Shown here piece by piece: positions 9,767-18,866 of a DNA stretch of 64,000 nt. Origin of the DNA: Caulobacter sp. Lineage in GTDB: Bacteria; Pseudomonadota; Alphaproteobacteria; Caulobacterales; Caulobacteraceae. The notes beneath the pieces are model-generated. The model worked only from the letters and a program-made list of their open reading frames with translations, was not told where the DNA came from and did no database searches. The translations under genes were made by a program, and so were the position numbers. Each line of letters begins with the position of its first letter. Position 1 is the stretch's first letter. The stretch covers positions 118,358 to 182,357 of the forward strand of contig NZ_JAGIBH010000007.1 in the NCBI RefSeq assembly GCF_017744445.1, written 5' to 3'.

Positions 9767-10909
9767 TCAGGTCGCGAGCGTTCCTGTCAGCCGGTCGAGG
9801 AGCAGGCGCCCCGCGCGAGTGACGCGCAAACGATTGGGGTCGTTAACCAGCAGGCCCGTATCCACCAGATCGCGCACCTTTGGCGCGTCAGGGGTCAGGC
9901 CCAGCGGCGTCATCTCGTCGAATCGCACGCCGTCGTCGATGCGCAGGCCCAGCACCAGGCGCTCCTCGGCGGCCTCTTCGGGGGTCAGGATCTCGCGCTC
10001 GAAGCCGACGCCGGTCGCGTTGACGGCGGCGATGTAGTCCTTGATGGCCCGGTGGGCGACCGTGGCGGCGCGGCCTTCGGGCAGGGCGAGGCGCCCATGC
10101 GCGCCCGGACCGACGCCAATATAGTCGACGCCCCGCCAGTAGACGAGATTGTGTCGCGACCGCGCGGCCTCGCCTTTGGCATGATTGGAGACCTCGTAGG
10201 CGTCGAAGCCGGCGGCCTCCAGCAGTTCCTGGGTGGTCTCGAACAGCGTCGCGGCCAGGTCCTCGTCGGGCACGACCAGGGTTCCGCGACCCACCGCCCG
10301 GTCGAAGGCGGTGCCGTGCTCGATGGTCAGCTGGTAGGGCGAGACGTGCTCGGGGCCCAGCGCGATGGCTTCGGCCAGCTCGGCGCGCCAGGCCGCGTCG
10401 GTCTGGCCGGGGCGGGCGTAGATCAGGTCGATCGACAGGCGCGGAAAGGCCTTGGTCGCCGCCGCGATCGCCCGCCGCGCCGCGCCGGCGTCGTGGTTGC
10501 GGCCCAGGGCTTTCAGGGACTCGTCATCGAGCGCCTGAACGCCCAGCGACAGCCGTTGCACCCCGGCGTCGGCCAGGGCGGCGAAGCGGTCGGCCTCGGC
10601 GTCGGTGGGATTGGCCTCGAGACTGATCTCCAGGTCGGCGACGGGCGACCACAGGCGCTTGGCCGTGTCGATCACCCGCGCGACCTGCGCCGGATCCATC
10701 AACGAAGGCGTGCCGCCGCCGAAGAAGATCGACAGCAGCTCGCGTTCGCCCGTCAGTTCGCGTTGGGCCTCCAGGTCGGCGACGATGGCGTCGGCCAGGG
10801 CCTGCTGCTCGGCGATCTTGCCCCGATCACGCACGACGTTGAAGTCGCAATAGGGGCAGATGCGCGAGCAGTAGGGCCAGTGGACGTAGATACCGAGGGG
10901 AGAGAGCAT
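9767..10909 (-). CDS. hemW: Radical-SAM heme chaperone HemW (coproporphyrinogen oxidase-like)
   Basis: 380 aa. The N-terminal radical-SAM motif is GIYVHWPYCSRICPYCDFN. Confidence 0.9.
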   Translation of the reverse strand: MLSPLGIYVHWPYCSRICPYCDFNVVRDRGKIAEQQALADAIVADLEAQRELTGERELLSIFFGGGTPSLMDPAQVARVIDTAKRLWSPVADLEISLEANPTDAEADRFAALADAGVQRLSLGVQALDDESLKALGRNHDAGAARRAIAAATKAFPRLSIDLIYARPGQTDAAWRAELAEAIALGPEHVSPYQLTIEHGTAFDRAVGRGTLVVPDEDLAATLFETTQELLEAAGFDAYEVSNHAKGEAARSRHNLVYWRGVDYIGVGPGAHGRLALPEGRAATVAHRAIKDYIAAVNATGVGFEREILTPEEAAEERLVLGLRIDDGVRFDEMTPLGLTPDAPKVRDLVDTGLLVNDPNRLRVTRAGRLLLDRLTGTLAT

Positions 10910-10927
10910 CTATCGACCTCCCCCATA

Positions 10928-11051
10928 CCGCTCATCCCCGCGAAAGCGGGGACCCAAGCCGAGTTGGCCGATAGAAGCGCAGTTCTTTCGCGCTCGCCCG
11001 AGCTTCATCTCGAGAGTCAGCTTGGGTCCCCGCTTTCGCGGGGATGAGCGG
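10928..11051. repeat. Intergenic inverted-repeat element, family A, copy 1 (CIR/MITE-like)
   Basis: Perfect 32-bp terminal inverted repeats CCGCTCATCCCCGCGAAAGCGGGGACCCAAGC ... GCTTGGGTCCCCGCTTTCGCGGGGATGAGCGG flank a 60-bp core. A GANTC site (GAGTC, 11014-11018) abuts the right arm. The same arms recur at 18744, 42528 and 58727. Confidence 0.9.
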
Positions 11052-11060
11052 ATTTTATAT

Positions 11061-11663
11061 TCAGTCAAACAGCGCCGCCTTCAGCTTGGCGAAGGCGCGG
11101 GCGCGGTGGCTCATGGCGTCCTTGGCGGTCGGTTCCATCTCGCCGAAGGTCGTGTCGTGGCCCTCCGGGACGAAGATCGGGTCGTAGCCGAAGCCGCGCG
11201 TGCCGCGACCGGGGAACACCAGGGTCCCGTCGACCCGGCCCTCGACCACCACGGCCGGACCGTTGGGCCAGGCGACGGCCAGGGCCGAGGTGAACCAGGC
11301 CGAATAGTCCTCGGTCCCGGTGGCCTCGATGCGCTCGGCGACCTTGTCCATGGCCATGGCGAAGTCCTTGCCCGGGCCGGCCCAGCGGGCGGAATAGATG
11401 CCGGGCGCGCCGTCCAGCGCCTTGACCGACAGGCCGCTGTCGTCGGCGATCGCCGGCAGGCCGGAGAGGTCGGCGGCGTGGCGGGCCTTCAGCAGGGCGT
11501 TGCCGACGAAGGTGCTCTCGGTCTCGTCCGGCTCGGGCAGGCCGAGCTGGCCGGCGGTGACGATCTCGAAACGGCCGTCCAGCAGGGCGGTGATCTCGGG
11601 CACCTTGCCGGGATTGTGGGTGGCAGCGACGAGCTTCGATCCCATTTCAAGCTTCAGCGCCAT
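11061..11663 (-). CDS. rdgB: Non-canonical purine NTP pyrophosphatase (RdgB/HAM1)
   Basis: 200 aa: [19 protein letters not shown] ... [19 protein letters not shown] ... [12 protein letters not shown] lies 8 nt upstream of the ATG at 11663. Confidence 0.9.
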   Translation of the reverse strand: MALKLEMGSKLVAATHNPGKVPEITALLDGRFEIVTAGQLGLPEPDETESTFVGNALLKARHAADLSGLPAIADDSGLSVKALDGAPGIYSARWAGPGKDFAMAMDKVAERIEATGTEDYSAWFTSALAVAWPNGPAVVVEGRVDGTLVFPGRGTRGFGYDPIFVPEGHDTTFGEMEPTAKDAMSHRARAFAKLKAALFD

Positions 11664-11691
11664 GTCATCACACTCCGGGGGAAATCACCTG

Positions 11692-12297
11692 ATGCGGCTT
11701 CTTTACGCTCCAATTTCGCCGTTTGCCCGCAAGGTTCGTGTGCTGGCCTTCGAAAAAGGTCTGTTCGACCTGTTTTCCCTGGAGATCGCCATGCCGTTCC
11801 AGGACGAGACCCTTCGCGCTCAGAACCCGCTGTGCAAGGTGCCGGCCCTGATCCTGGAGGACGGCGAGGTCATCTTCGATTCCAGCGTCGTCGCCGACTA
11901 TGTCGACGGCCTGGCCGAGCCGCGCCTGATCCCGGCGCAGCAGCCGGCCCGCCGCCGCGCCCTGACCTTCGAGGCCGCCGCCGACGGCATGGGCGACGCC
12001 TCGGTGCTGGTCGTGCGCGAGCGCATGCGGCCGCCGGAGGAGCATCGCCAGGACCTGTTCGAGCGCCAGCTGCGGGCGGTCAATGCGGCGCTGGATCTGT
12101 TCGAGGCGGCGGTCGCCGACGGCAGCCTGTCATCCGATCGGTTCGAGATCGGCGAGATCGCGGTGGCGGTGCAGCTGGCCTATCAGGACGTGCGCCAGGT
12201 CAGCGACTGGAGGACCGGTCGCCCGGCGCTTTCGGCCTGGTTTGAAAAGGTCTCGAAGCGCACCTCAATGGTCTCGACCCACGCCAGTGTGACCTAA
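11692..12297 (+). CDS. Glutathione S-transferase family protein
   Basis: The track ORF 11398-12297 is trimmed to the ATG at 11692. MRLLYAPISPFARKVRVLAFEKGL...NPLCKVPALILEDGEVIFDSSVVADYV shows the thioredoxin-like GST N-domain with the KVP/DS motif. Confidence 0.85.
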   Translation: MRLLYAPISPFARKVRVLAFEKGLFDLFSLEIAMPFQDETLRAQNPLCKVPALILEDGEVIFDSSVVADYVDGLAEPRLIPAQQPARRRALTFEAAADGMGDASVLVVRERMRPPEEHRQDLFERQLRAVNAALDLFEAAVADGSLSSDRFEIGEIAVAVQLAYQDVRQVSDWRTGRPALSAWFEKVSKRTSMVSTHASVT

Positions 12298-12453
12298 GGG
12301 CAACTGTTCCAAACCCCTGTGCATCATTACGGTAGTTTAATATCGTTTTTCGATAATCGAGATTGGCGGAACGGAAAGCGGCTCCTATTTGTTGACTGTG
12401 GCGAGGGGTCGAATGGCTCGGCCCCAACCACGTCTCTCAAACTGGAAAACAAG

Positions 12454-12570
12454 ATGTCCGCCGCCCGCCTGTTCCGCATCGCCGATAAGGTCGTCATGAC
12501 CGCCATCACCGCCGCCCTGATCGTGGGTGTCCCGGTGTCGGCCGTGGCGTTCGTGGTGCAGACGCTTTAA
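12454..12570 (+). CDS. Possible 38-aa single-pass membrane peptide
   Basis: Internal ATG of track ORF 12319-12570: MSAARLFRIADKVVMTAITAALIVGVPVSAVAFVVQTL. Support is limited to hydrophobicity and position ahead of the DUF2975 gene. Confidence 0.25.
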   Translation: MSAARLFRIADKVVMTAITAALIVGVPVSAVAFVVQTL

Positions 12571-12664
12571 GGCGAGCCAAGAGTTTCCAGGGTTTTCAAG
12601 CCCGAGCTTTTGACGTCTCCTCGCGACGCGGGGCATGTTTGAGCGTCGCTGTTGGGGAGCAGCC

Positions 12665-13198
12665 ATGCGCGCGTTGGGGCCCGGCTCCGTATCGAGTTTC
12701 CTGAAGATCATCCTGGACGTCATCTACGTCGGGCTGTGGATCTTCGTGAGCCTTTTGTCGCTGTTCACGCTGGTCGCCCTGCTGTTCAGCTTCAATCCTG
12801 AACTCCTGGCCTCGATGTTGCCGATCAGCGACGCCGTCGAGGCCATCAGCCGCAACGGCGCCCTGTTCGCCGGGGCCCTGGCGGCCTACGCCCTGCTGCT
12901 GGGCGGCTGGATGATCATCGTCGAGCGGCTGCGTAAGATCTTCGCCACCCTGACGGCCGGCGACCCCTTCCATCCCGACAATGTGGTGCGCCTGCGCCTG
13001 ATCGGCCTGGTCCTGGCCGGGCTGGAAGTCGGCCGCTACGTCTTTTCGGGCATGGCCCGCTGGCTGGCCCCCAAGGCCAAGGTCATCGACGACAGCTTCA
13101 CCCTGACCGCCTGGTTCTCGGTGCTGGTCGTCTTCGTCCTGGCCGAGGTCTTCCGCGAGGGCGCGCGCCTTCGCCGCGAAGCCGAACTCACGATCTGA
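12665..13198 (+). CDS. DUF2975-like multi-pass membrane protein
   Basis: 177 aa from the ATG at 12665, with GGGGAG 5 nt upstream (the track start at 12635 is also possible). It has four hydrophobic segments and a DPF motif (LTAGDPFHPDNVVRL). It is immediately followed by a YozG-type HTH gene, which is the usual partner of DUF2975. Confidence 0.7.
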   Translation: MRALGPGSVSSFLKIILDVIYVGLWIFVSLLSLFTLVALLFSFNPELLASMLPISDAVEAISRNGALFAGALAAYALLLGGWMIIVERLRKIFATLTAGDPFHPDNVVRLRLIGLVLAGLEVGRYVFSGMARWLAPKAKVIDDSFTLTAWFSVLVVFVLAEVFREGARLRREAELTI

Positions 13199-13215
13199 AC
13201 CGGAGCGATCGCCGC

Positions 13216-13452
13216 ATGCCTGTCCGCGTGAACCTCGACCGCGTTCTGCTGGAGCGACGCATGTCGCTGACCGAGCTGTCCGACCGCGTCGGCGTGACGA
13301 TCGCCAATCTCTCGATCCTGAAGACCGGCAAGGCCCGCGCCGTCCGCTTCTCGACCCTGGACGCCCTGTGCCGCGAGCTGGAGTGCCAGCCGGGGGACTT
13401 GCTGACCTTCGAATACGGCCCGGCGGACGGGCACGACGAGGACGAAGCTTAA
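13216..13452 (+). CDS. Small XRE/Cro-type HTH transcriptional regulator (YozG-like)
   Basis: 78 aa: VNLDRVLLERRMSLTELSDRVGVTIANLSILKTGKARAVRFSTLDALCRELECQPGDLL. This is a canonical HTH_26/YozG pattern. Confidence 0.85.
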   Translation: MPVRVNLDRVLLERRMSLTELSDRVGVTIANLSILKTGKARAVRFSTLDALCRELECQPGDLLTFEYGPADGHDEDEA

Positions 13453-13535
13453 GTTTCGCTGGCGATGAAACCGCCGGGACGGCGAGGCGTTTCAGCGGGG
13501 AGGCGGGGGCGCCTCGACATCCCAAGGAACATCCA

Positions 13536-13853
13536 TTGTCCGTGACACGCGTAATCTTCGCCTCGGTTCTCACCGTCGGCGCCATGGCCGCCGCTTCCGC
13601 CCAAGCCTCCAGCCCGGGCGCCTGGGCCGAGTTCAATCAGCGCGTCACCCGCAGCTGCATCGCCGCCTCCGGGTATCGCAACGCCCGGCCGTCTCCGATC
13701 ATCGGCTTCGACGATCGTGTCGGTAAGGTCGCGGTGCTGGTGTCCGACAAGTCGCGCGGCTCCAACAACGCCAAGCTCTGCCTGTACGACAAGGTCAAGC
13801 GGAAGGCCTATATCGATAGCGCCGACGGCTGGGTCGCCCCGCCGCAGCGCTAA
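13536..13853 (+). CDS. Small secreted hypothetical protein
   Basis: TTG start at 13536 (AAGGAA 6 nt upstream), in frame with track ORF 13368-13853. The signal peptide is (M)SVTRVIFASVLTVGAMAAASAQA. The mature part has two Cys. Confidence 0.5.
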   Translation: MSVTRVIFASVLTVGAMAAASAQASSPGAWAEFNQRVTRSCIAASGYRNARPSPIIGFDDRVGKVAVLVSDKSRGSNNAKLCLYDKVKRKAYIDSADGWVAPPQR

Positions 13854-13873
13854 TCGATCGCGAGGAGCGGCGG

Positions 13874-14851
13874 CTAGTTCAGCCGCCGCTTCTTCAGCAG
13901 GCTCGCCCGGTCCATCGATCGCACCTCCAGCTCGAAGGCGTCGCCTTCGCGGAGGATCTTCAGGGGCACGCTGACGCCGGCGTCGCCCAGGCTCCACATC
14001 CGATCGTAGAACTCGGCGAGGTCGGAGACCGGCATGCCGTCGACCGCCAGGATCAGGTCGCCGGCGCGCAGCTCGGCGCGGGCGGCCGGGCCCTTGGGCG
14101 AGATGCCGACGATGACGACGTGGTTCTCCATCTCCTGGGCGAAGATCCCCAGCCACGGACGCGGCGGATGCGGGCTGCGGCCGCGGGCTAGTTCGTCCAG
14201 GATCGGCGGCAAGAGCTCGGCGGGGACGAACATGTTGATCGGCTTGGCGTCGCCGTTCTGGTCGCGGCCTTCCAGGGTCAGCGAGCCCAGGCCCACGAGG
14301 TCGCCCTTGGGGCCGATCAGGGCCGCGCCGCTCCAGTGCGGGTGGGCGGGGCCGGTGATGATCGCGTCGTCCAGCAGGTATTCCCAATAGCCGGCGAAGG
14401 GCATGCGGGCCAGGACCTTGCCCGCCACGGCGTGGGCCCGGCCGCCGGCGCCGGCGGCGATGACCGGCGCGCCGACATCCAGGTCCTTGGCGCTGCCGAT
14501 GGTCATGACCGGCAGGTCCAGGGGCTCCAGCGCCTGGACCAAACCGAGGCCCGAGCGGACGTCCAGGCCCAGCACATGGGCGGGCACGCGTCGGCCGTCG
14601 TTGCGGGTGAGGGTGACCTCTTCGGCCTCGGTGATCAGATAGGCCATGGTCAGGACAAGGCCGCCAGGACCGACCACCACGCCGTTGCCGACGCGCTCGG
14701 TTCCCAGGATCGACGCCGTATAGGCGTCGGCCGGGACCTGGGCCTCCAGCGCCACCATCGAGGCCAGCGCCTGGTCCAGGTCGAAGCGATACGCCTCGGC
14801 CGACGGGCGCAGGCGGGCTTCGACTTCATAGCCATCGAACGGGGTGGTCAC
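13874..14851 (-). CDS. Trypsin-like (S1C/HtrA-type) serine protease with C-terminal PDZ domain, no signal peptide
   Basis: 325 aa. It has a chymotrypsin-fold segment with HWSGAALIGPKGDLVGL (Ser region). The PDZ-like part is VVIVGISPKGPAARAELRAGDLILAVDGMPV. Confidence 0.8.
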   Translation of the reverse strand: MTTPFDGYEVEARLRPSAEAYRFDLDQALASMVALEAQVPADAYTASILGTERVGNGVVVGPGGLVLTMAYLITEAEEVTLTRNDGRRVPAHVLGLDVRSGLGLVQALEPLDLPVMTIGSAKDLDVGAPVIAAGAGGRAHAVAGKVLARMPFAGYWEYLLDDAIITGPAHPHWSGAALIGPKGDLVGLGSLTLEGRDQNGDAKPINMFVPAELLPPILDELARGRSPHPPRPWLGIFAQEMENHVVIVGISPKGPAARAELRAGDLILAVDGMPVSDLAEFYDRMWSLGDAGVSVPLKILREGDAFELEVRSMDRASLLKKRRLN

Positions 14852-14919
14852 GCGAAACTCCTATCTCAGGCTAGGAATCTGGGACCGTTACCCCGTTCGG
14901 ACAAGTGCGGCGGTGTGGC

Positions 14920-15636
<717 letters not shown>

Positions 15637-15750
15637 GGCTTATCTCCGGCTATTTGAATGTCTGTGGATGGCCGCTTATCCTATTGGGAGGCGAAGTTTA
15701 AAGAGGCCCACGCCTTTTGTTCGCCGACCGGGTCCCAAACGACACGCCAT

Positions 15751-16827
15751 ATGACGCATCTCTTTCCGGGTCCGATCGTCCGCGCGCCGGGCCTCACCGA
15801 ACTGGACACCCGCGCCCGCGACATCTTCCGCCGGGTGGTGGAGTCGTATCTGGAGACCGGTGAGCCGGTGGGCTCGCGCACGCTGTCCAAGGCCGGGCTG
15901 GCGCTGTCGCCGGCCTCGATCCGCAACACCATGCAGGACCTGGCGCAGCTGGGTCTCTTGGACGCGCCGCACACCAGCGCCGGGCGGCTGCCCACCCATG
16001 CGGGCCTGCGGATGTTCGTCGACGGCCTGCTGGAGGTCGGCGACCTGGCCGAGGACGACAAGCGGGCCATCGAGGCCCGCCTGGCCGTGAAGGGCCGCTC
16101 GTTCGAGGAGGCGCTGTCGGAGGCCTCGTCCGTGCTCTCCGGCCTGGCCGGCGGGGCGGGCATCGTCGTCACGCCGGTCCGTGAGGGCGGGGTCAAGCAT
16201 GTGGAGTTCGTGCCCCTGGGCGGCGGCCAGGTGCTGGCGGTCATGGTGTTCGAGGACGGCCAGGTCGAGAATCGCCTGATGCGCCAGGCGCCGGGCGTCA
16301 CGCCCTCGGCGCTGCAGGAGGCGTCCAACTTCCTCAATGCCCGCCTGCGCGGCCGCACCCTGACCGAGGCCCGCAGTGAGATGGGCTCCGAGCTCGATGT
16401 AGCCCGCCGGCAGCTGGACGAGACCGCCGCCCGCCTGGTCGAGGACGGCCTGGCCGCCTGGAGCGGCGGGGAGGGCGACGCCCGCTCGCTGATCGTGCGC
16501 GGACAGGCCAACCTGCTAGCGGACGCGCGGGCTCGCGAGGACATCGACCGCGTGCGCCAGCTGTTCGACGACCTGGAGCAGAAGGGCCAGCTGATCGGCC
16601 TGCTCGACGACGTCCGTGACGCCGAGGGCGTACGCATCTATATCGGGGCCGAAACGCGCCTGTTTTCGCTTTCGGGTTCCTCGGTGATCGCGGCGCCCTA
16701 TATGACGGGCCGACAGAAGGTGCTTGGCGCGATCGGCGTGATCGGCCCGGCGCGATTGAACTACGCCCGAGTCATTCCGTTGGTGGACTATACCGCCCGG
16801 GTGCTGGGGCGGATGATGGATGGATAA
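15751..16827 (+). CDS. hrcA: Heat-inducible transcriptional repressor HrcA
   Basis: The track ORF 15658-16827 is trimmed to the ATG at 15751 (358 aa): [30 protein letters not shown]...[27 protein letters not shown]. Confidence 0.93.
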   Translation: MTHLFPGPIVRAPGLTELDTRARDIFRRVVESYLETGEPVGSRTLSKAGLALSPASIRNTMQDLAQLGLLDAPHTSAGRLPTHAGLRMFVDGLLEVGDLAEDDKRAIEARLAVKGRSFEEALSEASSVLSGLAGGAGIVVTPVREGGVKHVEFVPLGGGQVLAVMVFEDGQVENRLMRQAPGVTPSALQEASNFLNARLRGRTLTEARSEMGSELDVARRQLDETAARLVEDGLAAWSGGEGDARSLIVRGQANLLADARAREDIDRVRQLFDDLEQKGQLIGLLDDVRDAEGVRIYIGAETRLFSLSGSSVIAAPYMTGRQKVLGAIGVIGPARLNYARVIPLVDYTARVLGRMMDG

Positions 16828-16839
16828 GGACTGTACGAG

Positions 16840-17466
16840 ATGACCGACGAGCAAACGCCGGCTGAAGACGTGGCCTTCGAAGCCGATGACGCTTCGCAAG
16901 AGATCGAGGCGCTGAAGCTGGAAGTGGCCGCTCTGAAGGAGCAGGCCCTGCGCTACGCCGCCGAGGCCGAGAACACCAAGCGCCGCGCCGAGCGCGAGAT
17001 GAACGACGCGCGCGCCTATGCGATCCAGAAGTTCGGCCGCGACCTCTTGGGCGTCGCCGACAACCTGTCGCGCGCCACCGCCCACAGCCCCCGCGAGTCG
17101 ACCGACCCGGCGGTGAAGAACTTCATCATCGGCGTCGAGATGACCGAGAAGGAGCTTTCGGGCGCCTTCGAACGCAACGGCCTGAAGAAGATCGATCCGG
17201 CCAAGGGCGAGAAGTTCGACCCGCACCTGCATCAGGCCGTGACCGAGCAGCCTTCGACCGAGGTCGCCGCCGGCGGCGTGGTCGCCGTGCTGCAGGCCGG
17301 CTACGAGCTGATGGGGCGCCTGTTGCGTCCGGCCATGGTCGCCGTGGCGGCCAAGGGCTCGACGGGTCCGTCGACGGGGGAGCCTGCGGGCGCTTCGGCC
17401 AACCCTTATGCCGGCGCGGCTACGGACGGCGACAGCTCGGGCGGTTCGTTCGACACGAAAGCCTGA
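16840..17466 (+). CDS. grpE: Nucleotide exchange factor GrpE
   Basis: 208 aa: LKEQALRYAAEAENTKRRAEREMNDARAYAIQKFGRDLL ... FDPHLHQAV. Confidence 0.95.
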   Translation: MTDEQTPAEDVAFEADDASQEIEALKLEVAALKEQALRYAAEAENTKRRAEREMNDARAYAIQKFGRDLLGVADNLSRATAHSPRESTDPAVKNFIIGVEMTEKELSGAFERNGLKKIDPAKGEKFDPHLHQAVTEQPSTEVAAGGVVAVLQAGYELMGRLLRPAMVAVAAKGSTGPSTGEPAGASANPYAGAATDGDSSGGSFDTKA

Positions 17467-17600
17467 CTTTAGGCCTTGAGGGCGCGGAAATGACCGCCGC
17501 GCCCCCTTCCCCCGTTCGCGCATTGCGATAATGTCGGCGGTCCATTCTCAACGGGGGTAGCGGTCGATTCCATCGACCGACCGCGCGATCTGGACCGACT

Positions 17601-18719
17601 ATGAAGCTTACCATCGAACGGGCGGCGCTCCTGAAGGCGCTGGGTCACGTGCAGAGCGTCGTCGAGCGCCGCAACACCATCCCGATCCTGTCGAACATCC
17701 TGCTGTCGGCCGAAGGCGACCGCCTGGCGTTCTCGGCGACCGACCTGGACATGGAGATCATCGACGAGGGCTTCGCCCAGATCGACGTCCCCGGCCAGAT
17801 CACGGCCCCGGCCCACACCCTGTACGAGATCGTCCGCAAGCTGCCCGACGGCGCCGACGTCTCGCTGACCTTCAGCGGCGATGATCCGCGCCTGGTGATC
17901 CAGGCCGGCCGCTCGCGCTTTAACCTGCCGGTGCTGCCGGCCGGCGACTTCCCGGTGATGAGCAGCGACGGCCTGTCGGGCCGCATCGCGGTCGACACCA
18001 ACGAGCTGATGCGCCTGATCGACAAGACGCGCTTCGCGATCTCGACCGAAGAGACCCGCTACTATCTGAACGGCCTCTATATCCACACGGTCAACGAGGG
18101 CGGCGAGACCAAGCTGCGCGCCGTGGCCACCGACGGCCACCGGCTGGCCCTGGCCGAGATGCCGGCCCCCGAGGGCGCGGTCGGCCTGCCGGGCGTGATC
18201 GTGCCGCGCAAGACCATCGCCGAAGCCCGCCGCCTGATGGAATCGGCCGGCGAGACGGTCGACGTCCAGCTGTCGCCGCAGAAGGTGCGCTTCGAGTTCG
18301 GCGCGGCCGCCCTGACCTCCAAGGTCATCGACGGCGCCTTCCCGGACTATCTGCGCGTCATTCCGCGCGACAACGCCAAGATCCTGACGCTCGACAACGA
18401 CCTCTTCGCCAAGGCCGTCGACCGCGTGGCCACCATCTCGGCCGAGAAGAGCCGCTCGGTGAAGCTGGCCGTCGAGCCGGGCCGCATCACCCTGACCGTC
18501 CGCAACATGGAAGCCGGCCAGGCCGTGGAAGAGGTCGAGGTCGATTACGACGGCGAGCCCTTCGAAATCGGCTTCAACGCCCGCTACCTGCTGGACGTCT
18601 GCGGCCAGATCGCCGGCCCGCAGGCCGAGTTCCGCTTCGCCGACCCGGCCTCGCCGACCCTGGTGGTCGATCCGGTCGATCCGGGCGTGAAGTACGTGCT
18701 GATGCCGCTGCGGGTCTAA
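17601..18719 (+). CDS. dnaN: DNA polymerase III beta sliding clamp
   Basis: 372 aa: MKLTIERAALLKALGHVQSVVERRNTIPILSNILLSAEG ... YVLMPLRV. Confidence 0.97.
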   Translation: MKLTIERAALLKALGHVQSVVERRNTIPILSNILLSAEGDRLAFSATDLDMEIIDEGFAQIDVPGQITAPAHTLYEIVRKLPDGADVSLTFSGDDPRLVIQAGRSRFNLPVLPAGDFPVMSSDGLSGRIAVDTNELMRLIDKTRFAISTEETRYYLNGLYIHTVNEGGETKLRAVATDGHRLALAEMPAPEGAVGLPGVIVPRKTIAEARRLMESAGETVDVQLSPQKVRFEFGAAALTSKVIDGAFPDYLRVIPRDNAKILTLDNDLFAKAVDRVATISAEKSRSVKLAVEPGRITLTVRNMEAGQAVEEVEVDYDGEPFEIGFNARYLLDVCGQIAGPQAEFRFADPASPTLVVDPVDPGVKYVLMPLRV

Positions 18720-18743
18720 GCAGACCTTCTGCCTCCCCATAAT

Positions 18744-18847
18744 CCGCTCATCCCCGCGAAAGCGGGGACCCATGCTGAGGATCGTGGGGACGTGCGGCGC
18801 GAAATCCCGAGCTCGGCTTGGGTCCCCGCTTTCGCGGGGATGAGCGG
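18744..18847. repeat. Intergenic inverted-repeat element, family A, copy 2
   Basis: The left arm is CCGCTCATCCCCGCGAAAGCGGGGACCCA and the right arm is GCTTGGGTCCCCGCTTTCGCGGGGATGAGCGG. It ends 20 nt before the S9 peptidase ATG. There is no GANTC next to the arm in this copy. Confidence 0.9.
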
Positions 18848-18866
18848 TATTGGGTTGGAGGGGACT

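Noticed and set aside
12319-12453. Longer 83-aa version of the small ORF (MHHYGSLISFFDNRDWRNGK...)
   Set aside because: The N-terminal part lies in a lower-GC promoter-like stretch with an unlikely composition. Only the hydrophobic C-terminal 38 codons were retained, at low confidence.
15637-15750. CIRCE operator (TTAGCACTC-N9-GAGTGCTAA) upstream of hrcA
   Set aside because: The motif is not present in the rph/hrcA divergent spacer. This is consistent with CIRCE residing at groESL rather than hrcA in Caulobacter.
18792-18866. N-terminal extensions of ORFs that begin inside family A repeats (MRREIPSSAWVPAFAGMSG..., MGPRFRGDER...)
   Set aside because: The same peptide-like strings recur wherever the repeat occurs (11022, 17469-18773 end, 18818, 42356-42636, 58615). 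They are translation artefacts of the repeat arms. The real starts, with RBS and signal peptides, lie downstream.
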